A program made the translations under genes and the position numbers. Positions 1 through 8,945 of a stretch of DNA of 64,000 bases are shown piece by piece (the stretch's first letter is position 1; the number at the start of each line of letters is the position of its first letter). The notes under the pieces are model-generated. The model worked only from the letters and a program-made list of their open reading frames with translations, was not told the DNA's origin and made no database searches. The DNA lies in IMG/VR virus record IMGVR_UViG_3300033073_000160, positions 51,910 through 115,909 of that record; one strand, written 5' to 3'. The stretch is from a virus (lineage: Duplodnaviria > Caudoviricetes).

Positions 1-62
1 GTTTGACGACTACATCAATACACTAGAAAAATATAAAACATTTGAACGCATTAAAGGCGATT

Positions 63-317
63 ATGACTGAAGAAAACAAACCCCTCAAAATTGAGTTTGC
101 ACCTGGGTGCTTTGATAATTTTGAAGGCACACAAGAAGAACTTGATGAGCTAATTGCCGAAATACAACGTATGTTCGAAAGCGGTGAGATTCAAGAGAAC
201 GCAACCGAACTTGATCTTGATGCGCTCATGGAAGAAGATCCAGAGTATGCAGAAAAAGTTATACAAGCTCTTCAAAGCGATGATATCACCGACGGTCCTA
301 AAAGAAACTTACAATGA
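63..317 (+). CDS. acidic hypothetical protein
   Basis: ORF track 42..317. ATG at 63 (MTEENK) overlaps the end of a truncated upstream ORF, so it is the likelier start. Confidence 0.7.
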   Translation: MTEENKPLKIEFAPGCFDNFEGTQEELDELIAEIQRMFESGEIQENATELDLDALMEEDPEYAEKVIQALQSDDITDGPKRNLQ

Positions 318-856
318 AAAAAATCTATTACAATTGGTCACAAATTGAAGGAGCAGTATTAGATATTGCTCGTCAATTACAGGCAGATAATTGGCGCCCA
401 GATTATATTGTGGGAATTACTAGAGGCGGGTTAATTCCCGCTAATCTTTTAAGCCAATACACTAATGTTAAGATGTATACCCTTAATGTTAGTCTTAGAG
501 ACGGTGACGGTGGAGAAAGCAACCTGTGGATGGCTGAGGATGCGTTCGGTTACATTGATAAAGAACGTCGAGAATACGAGCATATCCCTTACAGCATTAC
601 TAAGGTAAAGAATATTCTTATCATCGATGATATTAACGACGAAGGCAATACTATTGCGTGGATTAAGAAAGACTGGCAAACTAGTTGTTTACCTAATGAT
701 GAGAGGTGGGATCATGTTTGGGGCAATAATGTTCGTTTCGCCACACTTACTAATAATATAGCCAGTAAAGAAACTGTTGACTACTCTGTATGGGAAGTTA
801 ATAAAGCAGAAGAAGACTGCTGGCTAGTTTATCCTTGGGAGGATTTTTGGTTATGA
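314..856 (+). CDS. type I phosphoribosyltransferase (xanthine/guanine PRT-like)
   Basis: IVGITRGGLIPA motif, PRPP-binding loop ILIIDDINDEGNT, C-terminal WLVYPWE. Confidence 0.88.
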   Translation: MKKIYYNWSQIEGAVLDIARQLQADNWRPDYIVGITRGGLIPANLLSQYTNVKMYTLNVSLRDGDGGESNLWMAEDAFGYIDKERREYEHIPYSITKVKNILIIDDINDEGNTIAWIKKDWQTSCLPNDERWDHVWGNNVRFATLTNNIASKETVDYSVWEVNKAEEDCWLVYPWEDFWL

Positions 857-1005
857 CACGAGATGAAATTCAAGCTAAAATTAGTCAAGTTGACGTAGAC
901 TTAGAAAAATTAAAAGATGTTGAAAACTCCGATAAAAAAGGAGAGATGCTAAGACAGTATAGAGATTATCTACTAGAACAACTTAGCCAAGTAACAGATG
1001 AATGA
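853..1005 (+). CDS. 50-aa coiled-coil hypothetical protein (not in ORF track)
   Basis: Read by hand as MTRDEIQAKISQVDVDLEKLKDVENSDKKGEMLRQYRDYLLEQLSQVTDE*. ATGA overlap with the upstream gene; it fills the gap to the next gene. Confidence 0.7.
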   Translation: MTRDEIQAKISQVDVDLEKLKDVENSDKKGEMLRQYRDYLLEQLSQVTDE

Positions 1006-1366
1006 TTTAGAAAAGGCACTAGATGAAAAACGAGCACCATGGACTTCAATTGAATTCAGATCAAAAGACTTTTGGATCTTCAAAGATGCATATCCAGTTA
1101 CCCCAGGGCATTTGTTATTTGTGCCTACCCAAGAGCAAAGTCATAATCTCTGGGAATGCTACAAGGCAGCATACAAATGGGGATTCGAGGGTATCGAAGG
1201 AGAACGGTGGGACTCTTTTAACATCGGACAAAATGTTGGCGAGGCTGCTGGACAAACAGTAATGTATCCTCATGTGCATATGATTCCTAGACGCAAGGGC
1301 GACATGGAAGATCCTCGTGGTGGAGTTCGCCATGTTATTCCCGAAAAAGGTAATTATAAAAAATGA
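998..1366 (+). CDS. HIT-family nucleotide hydrolase
   Basis: DAYPVTPGHLLFVP, FNIGQNVGEAAGQTVMYPHVHMIPR (HIT motif with the first His replaced). Confidence 0.9.
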   Translation: MNDLEKALDEKRAPWTSIEFRSKDFWIFKDAYPVTPGHLLFVPTQEQSHNLWECYKAAYKWGFEGIEGERWDSFNIGQNVGEAAGQTVMYPHVHMIPRRKGDMEDPRGGVRHVIPEKGNYKK

Positions 1367-1569
1367 CACCAAGTGATCACGAAGTTATTGTAGATTGGAA
1401 TAATCAACATAATGAATGGTGGAATGAAACATGTGCGACTATTGTTGAAGTGTTTGGTTTACCTGGAAATCGATTTGTCTATTCTCCGAGCGTAGACTTC
1501 ATGACATTTACCTTTAAATCTAAAAAAGATGCAGAGTTGTGTCGGATACTAATAAGTGAAAAACTATGA
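1363..1569 (+). CDS. hypothetical protein
   Basis: ATGA-coupled to both neighbours. Confidence 0.7.
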   Translation: MTPSDHEVIVDWNNQHNEWWNETCATIVEVFGLPGNRFVYSPSVDFMTFTFKSKKDAELCRILISEKL

Positions 1570-2132
1570 CAGTCTTATTTGAAAACGGTTGGGAAACTTT
1601 TGAAACATTTGATTTTAGTAGCATAATAACTTCTAACGACCAAGAGCTTGCAAAGGCAGATATTAAACAAGTAATCGCCGAGGGCAAATATTTTACTAAT
1701 AGCCCCCGATATCAAACTAACATTAATATCTTTAATTACCCCGGTGAACATTGGCTAAAATTTAGACAAAGTTTTATCATGAGCTGCTTTATGTATTTGA
1801 AAGCAGAAGTAAAAATCGAGCAAATACAATCGTGGAGTTTTATGACTTCGAACAAGATTGTTGAAAATAGAGATGATCTATGGCACACTCATCAATATGG
1901 TAATGAGCGCACCTTATCGGGCATTTACTACTTGCACATACCCAATGATGTTAATGATAAAGCAATGTGTGGAACTGAGTTTGCACTAAATGGAACTAAG
2001 TCGCCAGAAAGATATATTGCACCTGTTTTAGATTATACTTGGTTAATTTACCCTGGTAAGACTTGGCACAGACCAATGCCGCCGCAGTCAAGTCAGGATC
2101 GTTTTGTAATTGCGGCAGATATGGTATTTTAA
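1566..2132 (+). CDS. putative 2OG-Fe(II) oxygenase
   Basis: WHTH, LSGIYYL and IYPGKTWHRP...RFVIA motifs fit a double-stranded beta-helix oxygenase. Confidence 0.7.
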   Translation: MTVLFENGWETFETFDFSSIITSNDQELAKADIKQVIAEGKYFTNSPRYQTNINIFNYPGEHWLKFRQSFIMSCFMYLKAEVKIEQIQSWSFMTSNKIVENRDDLWHTHQYGNERTLSGIYYLHIPNDVNDKAMCGTEFALNGTKSPERYIAPVLDYTWLIYPGKTWHRPMPPQSSQDRFVIAADMVF

Positions 2133-2142
2133 GGAGAAAGAA

Positions 2143-2376
2143 ATGAAACTACATGAATCAATTGCTCACACTAAAGTTGAAGCTATCATTAAAGAAAGCG
2201 AAGGTTTTCGCTTACGTATGGAGAAATGGGAATCTATTAATCCTAAAGGATTATTTGCTGTCGATTTAATCCAGGAAAGCCTAGACGAAAAAGGTAACGT
2301 AGCTTACACTAGCACATATAATTTTAATATGACTAGAGATGAACTGCAACAACTAGCATACGCTTTAACAGCATGA
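2143..2376 (+). CDS. hypothetical protein
   Basis: AGGAG RBS before ATG 2143 (MKLHES). Confidence 0.7.
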   Translation: MKLHESIAHTKVEAIIKESEGFRLRMEKWESINPKGLFAVDLIQESLDEKGNVAYTSTYNFNMTRDELQQLAYALTA

Positions 2377-2591
2377 AATTACCAAATGCAGTCATTGAAG
2401 TATCAATAGTTGTATTTTTGTTCTGTGCAATGTTCGGAACAATGTATCTAGCAGGGTCTGGGCTAGGAAGAAAAGTTGTAATTAATTGCGACATTTCTGA
2501 GATTAGTCCAGATTTCACCAATGAAATGCGTGAAGCGTGTCGCCAAGCTCGGGCAAATAAGATTAATAAAGACTTGCAAAAACCTAAATAA
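2373..2591 (+). CDS. small membrane-anchored hypothetical protein
   Basis: N-terminal hydrophobic helix and a Cys pair (C...EISPDF...C). Confidence 0.65.
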   Translation: MKLPNAVIEVSIVVFLFCAMFGTMYLAGSGLGRKVVINCDISEISPDFTNEMREACRQARANKINKDLQKPK

Positions 2592-2602
2592 TAGTGTATA
2601 CT
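2574..2602 (+). promoter_or_regulatory. sigma70-type promoter upstream of folE
   Basis: TTGCAA-17 bp-TATACT. Confidence 0.6.
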
Positions 2603-2647
2603 TAATTGTGTATGGCAATCCACTGCCTTATCATCGGAGAAATATAA

Positions 2648-3352
2648 TTGGACACAAGTAAAAATCTATCGCAAGTAATCCGCGATAAAATGAAAAGAGA
2701 TAACAAACGCTTCTGGGCAGGCGACAATATCTCTGACTATCTCGACCAAGACGGTTACGATAAAGAACAACTAATTAACGAAGCAACTGTAGCATTTGAA
2801 AAGGTGCTAGATGCGTTGCTGATTGATCGTGAAAACGATCCCAACTCACACGGCACAGCAAGACGCCTTGCCAAGATGTATTTTAATGAAATTATGGCAG
2901 GTAGATATGATCCAGCACCAGACGCAACAGCATTTCCAAATGACTCGGAGGACCGTTACGAAGGTATGTTGGTTGTTCGTAGTGAGCTTCGCAGTATGTG
3001 TAGCCATCATCACCAACCCGTTGTTGGCGTTGCTTATATTGGCATTATTGCCGCTCAAAAACTTATCGGACTTAGCAAATACACAAGAATCGCACAGTGG
3101 TGTGCAAGACGGGGCACTCTCCAGGAGGAGCTTTGTAACGACATTGCTAGGGAAATCGAAAAAGCAACCGGCGCAAAAGACTTAGGTGTTTACATCCAAG
3201 CCACACACGGTTGCTGTGAGAATCGTGGTATTATGGCGCATAGTAGTTTAACACAAACTACAGTCTTAAAAGGTGCATTTAAAGACGATCCGGGAACAAA
3301 GAAAGAGTTCTTTGACAATATCAAAATGCAACAAGAATTTTCACCGAGGTAA
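2648..3352 (+). CDS. folE: GTP cyclohydrolase I
   Basis: SMCSHHHQP, GLSKYTRIAQWCARRGTLQE and HGCCENRG motifs. TTG start with GGAG RBS. Confidence 0.93.
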   Translation: MDTSKNLSQVIRDKMKRDNKRFWAGDNISDYLDQDGYDKEQLINEATVAFEKVLDALLIDRENDPNSHGTARRLAKMYFNEIMAGRYDPAPDATAFPNDSEDRYEGMLVVRSELRSMCSHHHQPVVGVAYIGIIAAQKLIGLSKYTRIAQWCARRGTLQEELCNDIAREIEKATGAKDLGVYIQATHGCCENRGIMAHSSLTQTTVLKGAFKDDPGTKKEFFDNIKMQQEFSPR

Positions 3353-3354
3353 TT

Positions 3355-3558
3355 ATGGCAACACGTAAAAAGAAAACTGAAGAAGCAACAGTTGTTAAGG
3401 GTAGTCACCTTACTGTAACAACTTACCCAGACGGTCGCACTGAACTCGAATGGGATGACGAAGCACTTATGCGAGATGTGCAAGAAGCAATCGCAAGTGT
3501 AGAACCAATTCAAGGAGAAACAAATGGCAAAGCTAGAAAAACTCGCAAAAGTAAATGA
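3355..3558 (+). CDS. hypothetical protein
   Basis: GAGG RBS and tight operon packing. Confidence 0.65.
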   Translation: MATRKKKTEEATVVKGSHLTVTTYPDGRTELEWDDEALMRDVQEAIASVEPIQGETNGKARKTRKSK

Positions 3559-3715
3559 ATCGATTACTATTAATCGTTACGACAACGGTTGGATGATCGA
3601 AATCGGTGGACGCGATAAGAAAGAAGACTGGAAAAATACAAAGACCATGTGTAATACAGAAGACGAACTTATTGCTGTAGTCAAAGAATGGAACAGTAAA
3701 GAACTCGACAACTAA
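3524..3715 (+). CDS. hypothetical protein
   Basis: AGGAG RBS and operon packing. Confidence 0.7.
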   Translation: MAKLEKLAKVNESITINRYDNGWMIEIGGRDKKEDWKNTKTMCNTEDELIAVVKEWNSKELDN

Positions 3716-3725
3716 GGAGAACACT

Positions 3726-4286
3726 ATGGCATGGCCCAACGGACCCGATGATAATCCAGGAACACAGGAAGAAACTGTTACTACTTGGACAGTAAGAACA
3801 TACTATAAAAAATCATGTGAACAGCATGAGTATTTTACCCACTCTGACTGGAACGGTCCACTTAAAGTTACGGACGGTTTCAGATCAGCATCTTTCTACA
3901 TTGATACTAATGATGGCAAGATTCCTAACTTTGAGTTTACAGAGGTTCCCGGTGGCAATGGTGCCAAGGATAGTGTAAACTTGTTTAGTTGCGAAGCTAA
4001 TAATATTGTTGGATCAGAGCTTATTGAAATGTGGGACGGCGGTTGTTGGGGTGGTTGGGAATTTCCGGAGGACATGCCTGAAGAAGAACAAGAGCGTCTA
4101 GACGAATTTATCAGTGAAAATGGCACATACGCCCTAGAAGATGAAGAAGGTTGGATGCTCGACGAAACAGAATGTTGGGTATGGGGTCCTTTGGAAATCA
4201 GCGATGCAGATGGTAACGTTGTTGCTATCATCGAAGCCGACGATGAAGGCAACGTTGCAATTAAACAGCCTAAAGACTATGAGTAA
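3726..4286 (+). CDS. acidic Trp-rich hypothetical protein (paralog A)
   Basis: AGGAG RBS. Aligns by eye with the next ORF. Confidence 0.75.
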   Translation: MAWPNGPDDNPGTQEETVTTWTVRTYYKKSCEQHEYFTHSDWNGPLKVTDGFRSASFYIDTNDGKIPNFEFTEVPGGNGAKDSVNLFSCEANNIVGSELIEMWDGGCWGGWEFPEDMPEEEQERLDEFISENGTYALEDEEGWMLDETECWVWGPLEISDADGNVVAIIEADDEGNVAIKQPKDYE

Positions 4287-4827
4287 AGTATACTTAATTA
4301 AACCCCTTGAAAAGAAAAGCATTTGCTGGCACATTGAAATGTTCCGCGAAAATGCGGACGGTAGCATTAGCTGGTTTAATATCGACGATCACTATCGTTG
4401 GGGGCAAGGATTCATAGAAGAAGATATGGATTGTAATTTGCCCTTAGAAGGTGATCAACAAGCTCATGCTCGAACAGACTGCGGGTGGGGTGCGGAGTTA
4501 GATGACCAACACGCTTGTTGGTTCGAGTTCAGTGATGACATTAGTGAGGAAGAACAAGAAGAAATCAAACGTTGCTACCTAGAGGGCGACGGTGATGAAG
4601 AGTGGGAACGCTCCGGTGCCGCTTGGTTGTTTGACGCAGAACACGACTGGCAAGTTGAAGACGATTACCTGATCATCGATGCGCCTTACAAAGTTAGTCT
4701 TTGTGAAGACGACGGAACAGTAGTTGAAGAAAATGTTAAACTACGCACAAGAGAACAACTAGCTGAAGATGTAAAAAAATGGCAGGCTGAAAATACTAAA
4801 TGGCCGTTTGAAGGAGAAGTTAAATGA
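4279..4827 (+). CDS. acidic Trp-rich hypothetical protein (paralog B)
   Basis: Likely start ATG 4279 (MSKVYL) inside track ORF 4141..4827. Confidence 0.75.
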   Translation: MSKVYLIKPLEKKSICWHIEMFRENADGSISWFNIDDHYRWGQGFIEEDMDCNLPLEGDQQAHARTDCGWGAELDDQHACWFEFSDDISEEEQEEIKRCYLEGDGDEEWERSGAAWLFDAEHDWQVEDDYLIIDAPYKVSLCEDDGTVVEENVKLRTREQLAEDVKKWQAENTKWPFEGEVK

Positions 4828-5039
4828 ACTCAGTAGACATGGCTAATAATTTAATCTTTAGAGCAAAGAACTTGCAAGAGTTTATTGTTACTACAGATGT
4901 TCCTGAAGACTTTAGATTCAATGGAACTATTCCGTTTGATATGGAAATTAAAGAAAATGTAATTTATGCAAAAGTGTTTGGAATTGATTTTGACGAAGCA
5001 GTTACTACACTTAACAATTGGCTGGAGACTTGCAAATGA
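4824..5039 (+). CDS. hypothetical protein
   Basis: AGGAG RBS and ATGA coupling. Confidence 0.7.
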   Translation: MNSVDMANNLIFRAKNLQEFIVTTDVPEDFRFNGTIPFDMEIKENVIYAKVFGIDFDEAVTTLNNWLETCK

Positions 5040-5203
5040 ATGACAAAGAACCTTTGTATAGTATTAAATGGACACAGTCTTATCCGGGGTATAGTCACCA
5101 AGAGGCGATTGATGCTTTAACTGAGTTACTAGTAGAATCATACCTTGAACAGGGTTGGTTCGATGAGGCAAATGCAGAAATAAAAAGGATCATGAAGTTA
5201 TGA
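5036..5203 (+). CDS. hypothetical protein
   Basis: ATGA-coupled start at 5036. Confidence 0.6.
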   Translation: MNDKEPLYSIKWTQSYPGYSHQEAIDALTELLVESYLEQGWFDEANAEIKRIMKL

Positions 5204-5541
5204 AATGGTTTGATAAATGGTTTTACAAACAGGCTAAAAAGGCTTGGGAAAATAAAGATCGCTACGAAATAGAAGAAGAATCAAAGCGAATTCTAAGCGC
5301 AACAGAAAAAAGGACTCTTAATATGGCAATCGGTGGACAAGCAATGGTAGAGCGCGGTCGCGCTGAAGGTGAAGATCGTGTTACATTCGAACTGACATCA
5401 GCAGTGGGCGGACGTATTCTTAACGTGCGCCGGTTTGATAATCGTAAAGACATGCACGATTCACAGACTTACGTTATTCCTAGCGGGGAAGATGTTGGGG
5501 AACGAGTAGCTAAGATTATTAATTTGGAACTGCTTAAATAA
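5200..5541 (+). CDS. hypothetical protein
   Basis: ATGA-coupled ORF. Confidence 0.7.
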   Translation: MKWFDKWFYKQAKKAWENKDRYEIEEESKRILSATEKRTLNMAIGGQAMVERGRAEGEDRVTFELTSAVGGRILNVRRFDNRKDMHDSQTYVIPSGEDVGERVAKIINLELLK

Positions 5542-5885
5542 TGACTCCACAAATTCCAGCAGAAGGCATCCTTAAACGCAACGATTGGGGCGATTCTAAA
5601 ATGTATCAAGTCGTCTGCGGATGCGGGCAACCCGATCACGATCATAATGTTTGGATAGAAGCAGATGATGGCAACATTAGTGTCACTATATATGTCACTG
5701 CTAAAAGCAAATGGTGGGAATTAAATCGGTTTAAACAACTGTGGAGTTTGCTCAGTAAGGGCTATATCAAATGTGAAACTGATGTTATAATGTCAGAGCA
5801 GCAGGCCATTAACTATGCGGAAACATTAAAGTCTGCGGTTAACGATAGTAAAGAATTTAGGAAAAAAAGAAATGTCAAAAATTAA
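5541..5885 (+). CDS. hypothetical protein with CxC...H-x-H possible metal site
   Basis: CGCGQPDHDH motif; TAATG coupling. Confidence 0.65.
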   Translation: MTPQIPAEGILKRNDWGDSKMYQVVCGCGQPDHDHNVWIEADDGNISVTIYVTAKSKWWELNRFKQLWSLLSKGYIKCETDVIMSEQQAINYAETLKSAVNDSKEFRKKRNVKN

Positions 5886-6726
5886 AATCGCAGAATTATT
5901 TTATTCAATCCAAGGTGAGGGGCGCTATATGGGTGTCCCTTCGGTGTTTCTGCGCACATTTGGCTGTAACTTTAAGTGTGCCGGCTTTGGTATGCCTAAA
6001 GGAGAGTTAAGTAATGAAATTGAACCTATTGCACAACGTATTGCAGAATTTAAAAGTTATGAAGAGCTTCCGCTTGTTAGCACAGGTTGTGATAGTTACG
6101 CTAGTTGGGATCCTCGTTTTAAAGATCTCAGCCCGATGCTTACAAGCGATGGCATTGCAGAACGTATCTGCGAAATCCTTCCGTTCAACGAGTGGCAAGA
6201 TGAGCACTTGGTAATCACAGGCGGTGAGCCATTACTTGGTTGGCAACGTGCTTATCCGGACTTGCTCAATCATCCTAAGATGAAGAACTTAAAAGAGATT
6301 ACGTTTGAAACTAATGGCACTCAAAAGCTAACTCCAGAATTTAAAGAATTTTTAATTGAGTGGCAAATGCCGCATGTAGATTTTACGCCCGAAGTTACGT
6401 TTAGCGTCAGTGCTAAACTAAGTTGTAGCGGAGAAGCAAGACACGAAGCAATTCGTCCAGACATTGTATGTGAATATGAGGAGGTTGGCTACACTTACCT
6501 TAAGTTTGTAGTAGCAACAGAAGAAGATGCAGAAGAAGCAATTGAAACAGCAGACATTTACAGAGCCGAAGGGTTTACAGGACCCGTTTATCTTATGCCA
6601 GTTGGTGGGGTGGAGTCTGTTTATACTCTTAATAATCGCAGGGTCGCTGAACTAGCAATGAAAAATGGCTTACGCTATTCAGATCGTTTGCAAGTTCCAT
6701 TATTTAAAAATGAGTGGGGAACATAA
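5872..6726 (+). CDS. queE: 7-carboxy-7-deazaguanine synthase (radical SAM)
   Basis: ELFYSIQGEG...PSVFLRTFGCNFKC...GCDS, VITGGEPLL, FETNGT, SVSAKL motifs; folE lies nearby. Confidence 0.88.
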   Translation: MSKIKIAELFYSIQGEGRYMGVPSVFLRTFGCNFKCAGFGMPKGELSNEIEPIAQRIAEFKSYEELPLVSTGCDSYASWDPRFKDLSPMLTSDGIAERICEILPFNEWQDEHLVITGGEPLLGWQRAYPDLLNHPKMKNLKEITFETNGTQKLTPEFKEFLIEWQMPHVDFTPEVTFSVSAKLSCSGEARHEAIRPDIVCEYEEVGYTYLKFVVATEEDAEEAIETADIYRAEGFTGPVYLMPVGGVESVYTLNNRRVAELAMKNGLRYSDRLQVPLFKNEWGT

Positions 6727-7181
6727 TGATCAAAAAACTTTTTAGAAAAATTACAGGACTCGAGGCACTAGATAATGCCAAAGAGGCAGCATTAGAAGAA
6801 GCAAGAGCAGCCGTTAAACTTGCGGCACAAGCGCAGGCTGAATTAGAAGCTGCCAAACTAGCAGAGGAGCAGGCAAAATTAAGCCCAAAAGAGCGTGCAA
6901 CTGCCCAAGGGATGCCTTATGTAGCTGTTTTAGATACGCACGTAAATAAGGATAACATCCGTAATGGCTTCTTTGAGCTTGACTGGAACGAGGAATTTAT
7001 TATACAATTAAAGGCAGCAGGGTATGGCTTTGACGGCGACCCTGAAGAAGAGATTGTAGATAGATGGTTTAGAGATTTGGCGGCTAATATGCTAGTTGAC
7101 GAAGGAATGGACCCGTCTAGGCATACAGCAGGTTTTATTAACGTTGTTCCATTATCAAAAAATAGATCAGAGGTTTCATGA
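6726..7181 (+). CDS. conserved phage hypothetical protein
   Basis: TAATG-coupled start at 6726; coiled coil followed by GFFELDWN. Confidence 0.7.
   Translation: MIKKLFRKITGLEALDNAKEAALEEARAAVKLAAQAQAELEAAKLAEEQAKLSPKERATAQGMPYVAVLDTHVNKDNIRNGFFELDWNEEFIIQLKAAGYGFDGDPEEEIVDRWFRDLAANMLVDEGMDPSRHTAGFINVVPLSKNRSEVS
6979..7008 (+). promoter_or_regulatory. possible gene-internal sigma70 promoter for rnh
   Basis: TTGACT-18 bp-TACAAT. Confidence 0.4.
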
Positions 7182-8197
7182 CATATATTCTAGTTGATAC
7201 AGCTAATACGTTCTTTCGTGCTAGACATGTAGTTCAAGGTGCTGCCGATATTAAACTTGGCATGGCGTTTCATATTACATTTAATAGCATTAAGAAAGCG
7301 TGGAACGACTTTGAAGGCAAACATGTTGTGTTCTGCCTCGAAGGTCGTTCGTGGCGTAAAGACTTTTATAAACCTTATAAAGCTAATCGTGCTGAAAGCC
7401 GTGCGGCTATGACTGTTAAAGAACAAGAAGAAGATAAATTGTTCTGGGAAGCATTTGATGAGTTTAAAAAGTTCATTAGTGAAAAAACTAATGTAACAGT
7501 CTTGCATCATCCGCAACTCGAAGCTGATGATTTGATTGCGGGCTTTATTCAAATGCATCCAAATTCACAGCATGTAATTGTTAGCACAGACAGCGACTTT
7601 CACCAATTACTAGCATCAAACGTAAAACAATATAACGGTGTTGCCGACGAGACTCATACTATTAACGGCATCTTTGATAAAAAGGGTAAGCTAGTTAAAG
7701 ATAAGAAAACAGGCGAACCAAAAGTTGTTCCAGATCCAGAATGGATTCTGTTTGAAAAGTGTATGCGAGGTGATAGTAGTGATAACGTGTTTAGTGCATA
7801 CCCCGGCGTTAGAACTAAAGGCACAAAAAATAAAGTTGGGCTCACTGAAGCGTTTGAAGATCGTAAAAGCAAAGGCTTCTCTTGGAACAATCTCATGCTT
7901 CAGCGTTGGACAGATCACAACGGCGAAGAGCATCGCGTTCTAGAAGACTACAATCGTAATGTCACTTTAGTAGACTTATCAGCACAACCTGCAGAAATTA
8001 AGCAAATTATTCGTGAAACTATAGATAGCGCAGCCGTTCCTAAAGATGTAACACAAGTAGGCATTCGTATGCTTAAATTCTGTAATACATGGGACATGAA
8101 AAAGATTGCTGATAACATTCAGCAATACGCAGAACCGTTCCAATCTAAATACCCAGAGACAGATGTTACATGGCGAAAACTTACACAGGAAATTTAA
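7178..8197 (+). CDS. rnh: T4-type RNase H / 5'-3' exonuclease (FEN superfamily)
   Basis: ILVD, SWRKDFYKPYKANR, LEADDLIA, VSTDSDFHQL and GDSSDNV motifs. Confidence 0.9.
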   Translation: MTYILVDTANTFFRARHVVQGAADIKLGMAFHITFNSIKKAWNDFEGKHVVFCLEGRSWRKDFYKPYKANRAESRAAMTVKEQEEDKLFWEAFDEFKKFISEKTNVTVLHHPQLEADDLIAGFIQMHPNSQHVIVSTDSDFHQLLASNVKQYNGVADETHTINGIFDKKGKLVKDKKTGEPKVVPDPEWILFEKCMRGDSSDNVFSAYPGVRTKGTKNKVGLTEAFEDRKSKGFSWNNLMLQRWTDHNGEEHRVLEDYNRNVTLVDLSAQPAEIKQIIRETIDSAAVPKDVTQVGIRMLKFCNTWDMKKIADNIQQYAEPFQSKYPETDVTWRKLTQEI

Positions 8198-8198
8198 A

Positions 8199-8681
8199 AT
8201 GACAGAGATTCACGCAAAACCAATTATTGATGGCAAGTTTTGGATAGTTGAACAAGACGGAACTAAGGTTGGATTACTACATAAAAAAGAAAACAATAAA
8301 TTTATGTTGAGTTCCACCGAAGGTGAGATTATGTTTAATAAAAAAGATGACTTAACTAAAAAGTTTGGTAAGGGATTCTTTTTAAAAAATACTAAAGTAA
8401 AAGTTAGTGCAACCGAAGAAGATAAAGAATGTCACGGCTTTCCTACAAGTTGCACACCTTATAATGCAATGTATGATGTTAGAAGACGGCTTCCTCTTTT
8501 TACAAAAAGTGATAAGTCGAAGAGTCTATACTGCGCAGGTTATTATGTAATTAAGTTTGATAAAGGTTGGGTTAAATCATTTTGCCCTAAGGCTATTACA
8601 ATTGAGCGCTATCCATTTAAAGGTCCGTTCACTAGCGAACTAGAAATGAAGGTAATGTTAGCAAATGCAAAATCAGATTAA
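8199..8681 (+). CDS. conserved phage hypothetical protein
   Basis: Likely start ATG 8199 (MTEIHAK) with AGGA RBS. Confidence 0.7.
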   Translation: MTEIHAKPIIDGKFWIVEQDGTKVGLLHKKENNKFMLSSTEGEIMFNKKDDLTKKFGKGFFLKNTKVKVSATEEDKECHGFPTSCTPYNAMYDVRRRLPLFTKSDKSKSLYCAGYYVIKFDKGWVKSFCPKAITIERYPFKGPFTSELEMKVMLANAKSD

Positions 8682-8910
8682 TTTAACACCCATACAGCAA
8701 TTCATACAGCAAGTTAGAAGTGCAGAACTAACTAATGCTAAACAAATTACAATGGATATGCAAAAGGCAAGATTATTAACTCTTGCCTTAACAGAGTGCA
8801 TTGATAAGATGAATAGAGACTGGGAAACATTATATCATGCACTTAAACAAAGTGCAAATCCTTCAGTTATTAGTGTTGAAATGGATGGTGGTGGTTTCGA
8901 GGACAAATAG
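8665..8910 (+). CDS. hypothetical protein
   Basis: Operon packing; ends in MDGGGF. Confidence 0.65.
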   Translation: MQNQINLTPIQQFIQQVRSAELTNAKQITMDMQKARLLTLALTECIDKMNRDWETLYHALKQSANPSVISVEMDGGGFEDK

Positions 8911-8912
8911 AG

Positions 8913-8919
8913 ATAAATA
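8913..8919 (+). promoter_or_regulatory. T4-like late promoter (ATAAATA)
   Basis: Intergenic ATAAATA matching the gp55-type TATAAATA core. Confidence 0.55.
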
Positions 8920-8945
8920 TATACGTATATTTCTGGACGTATATA

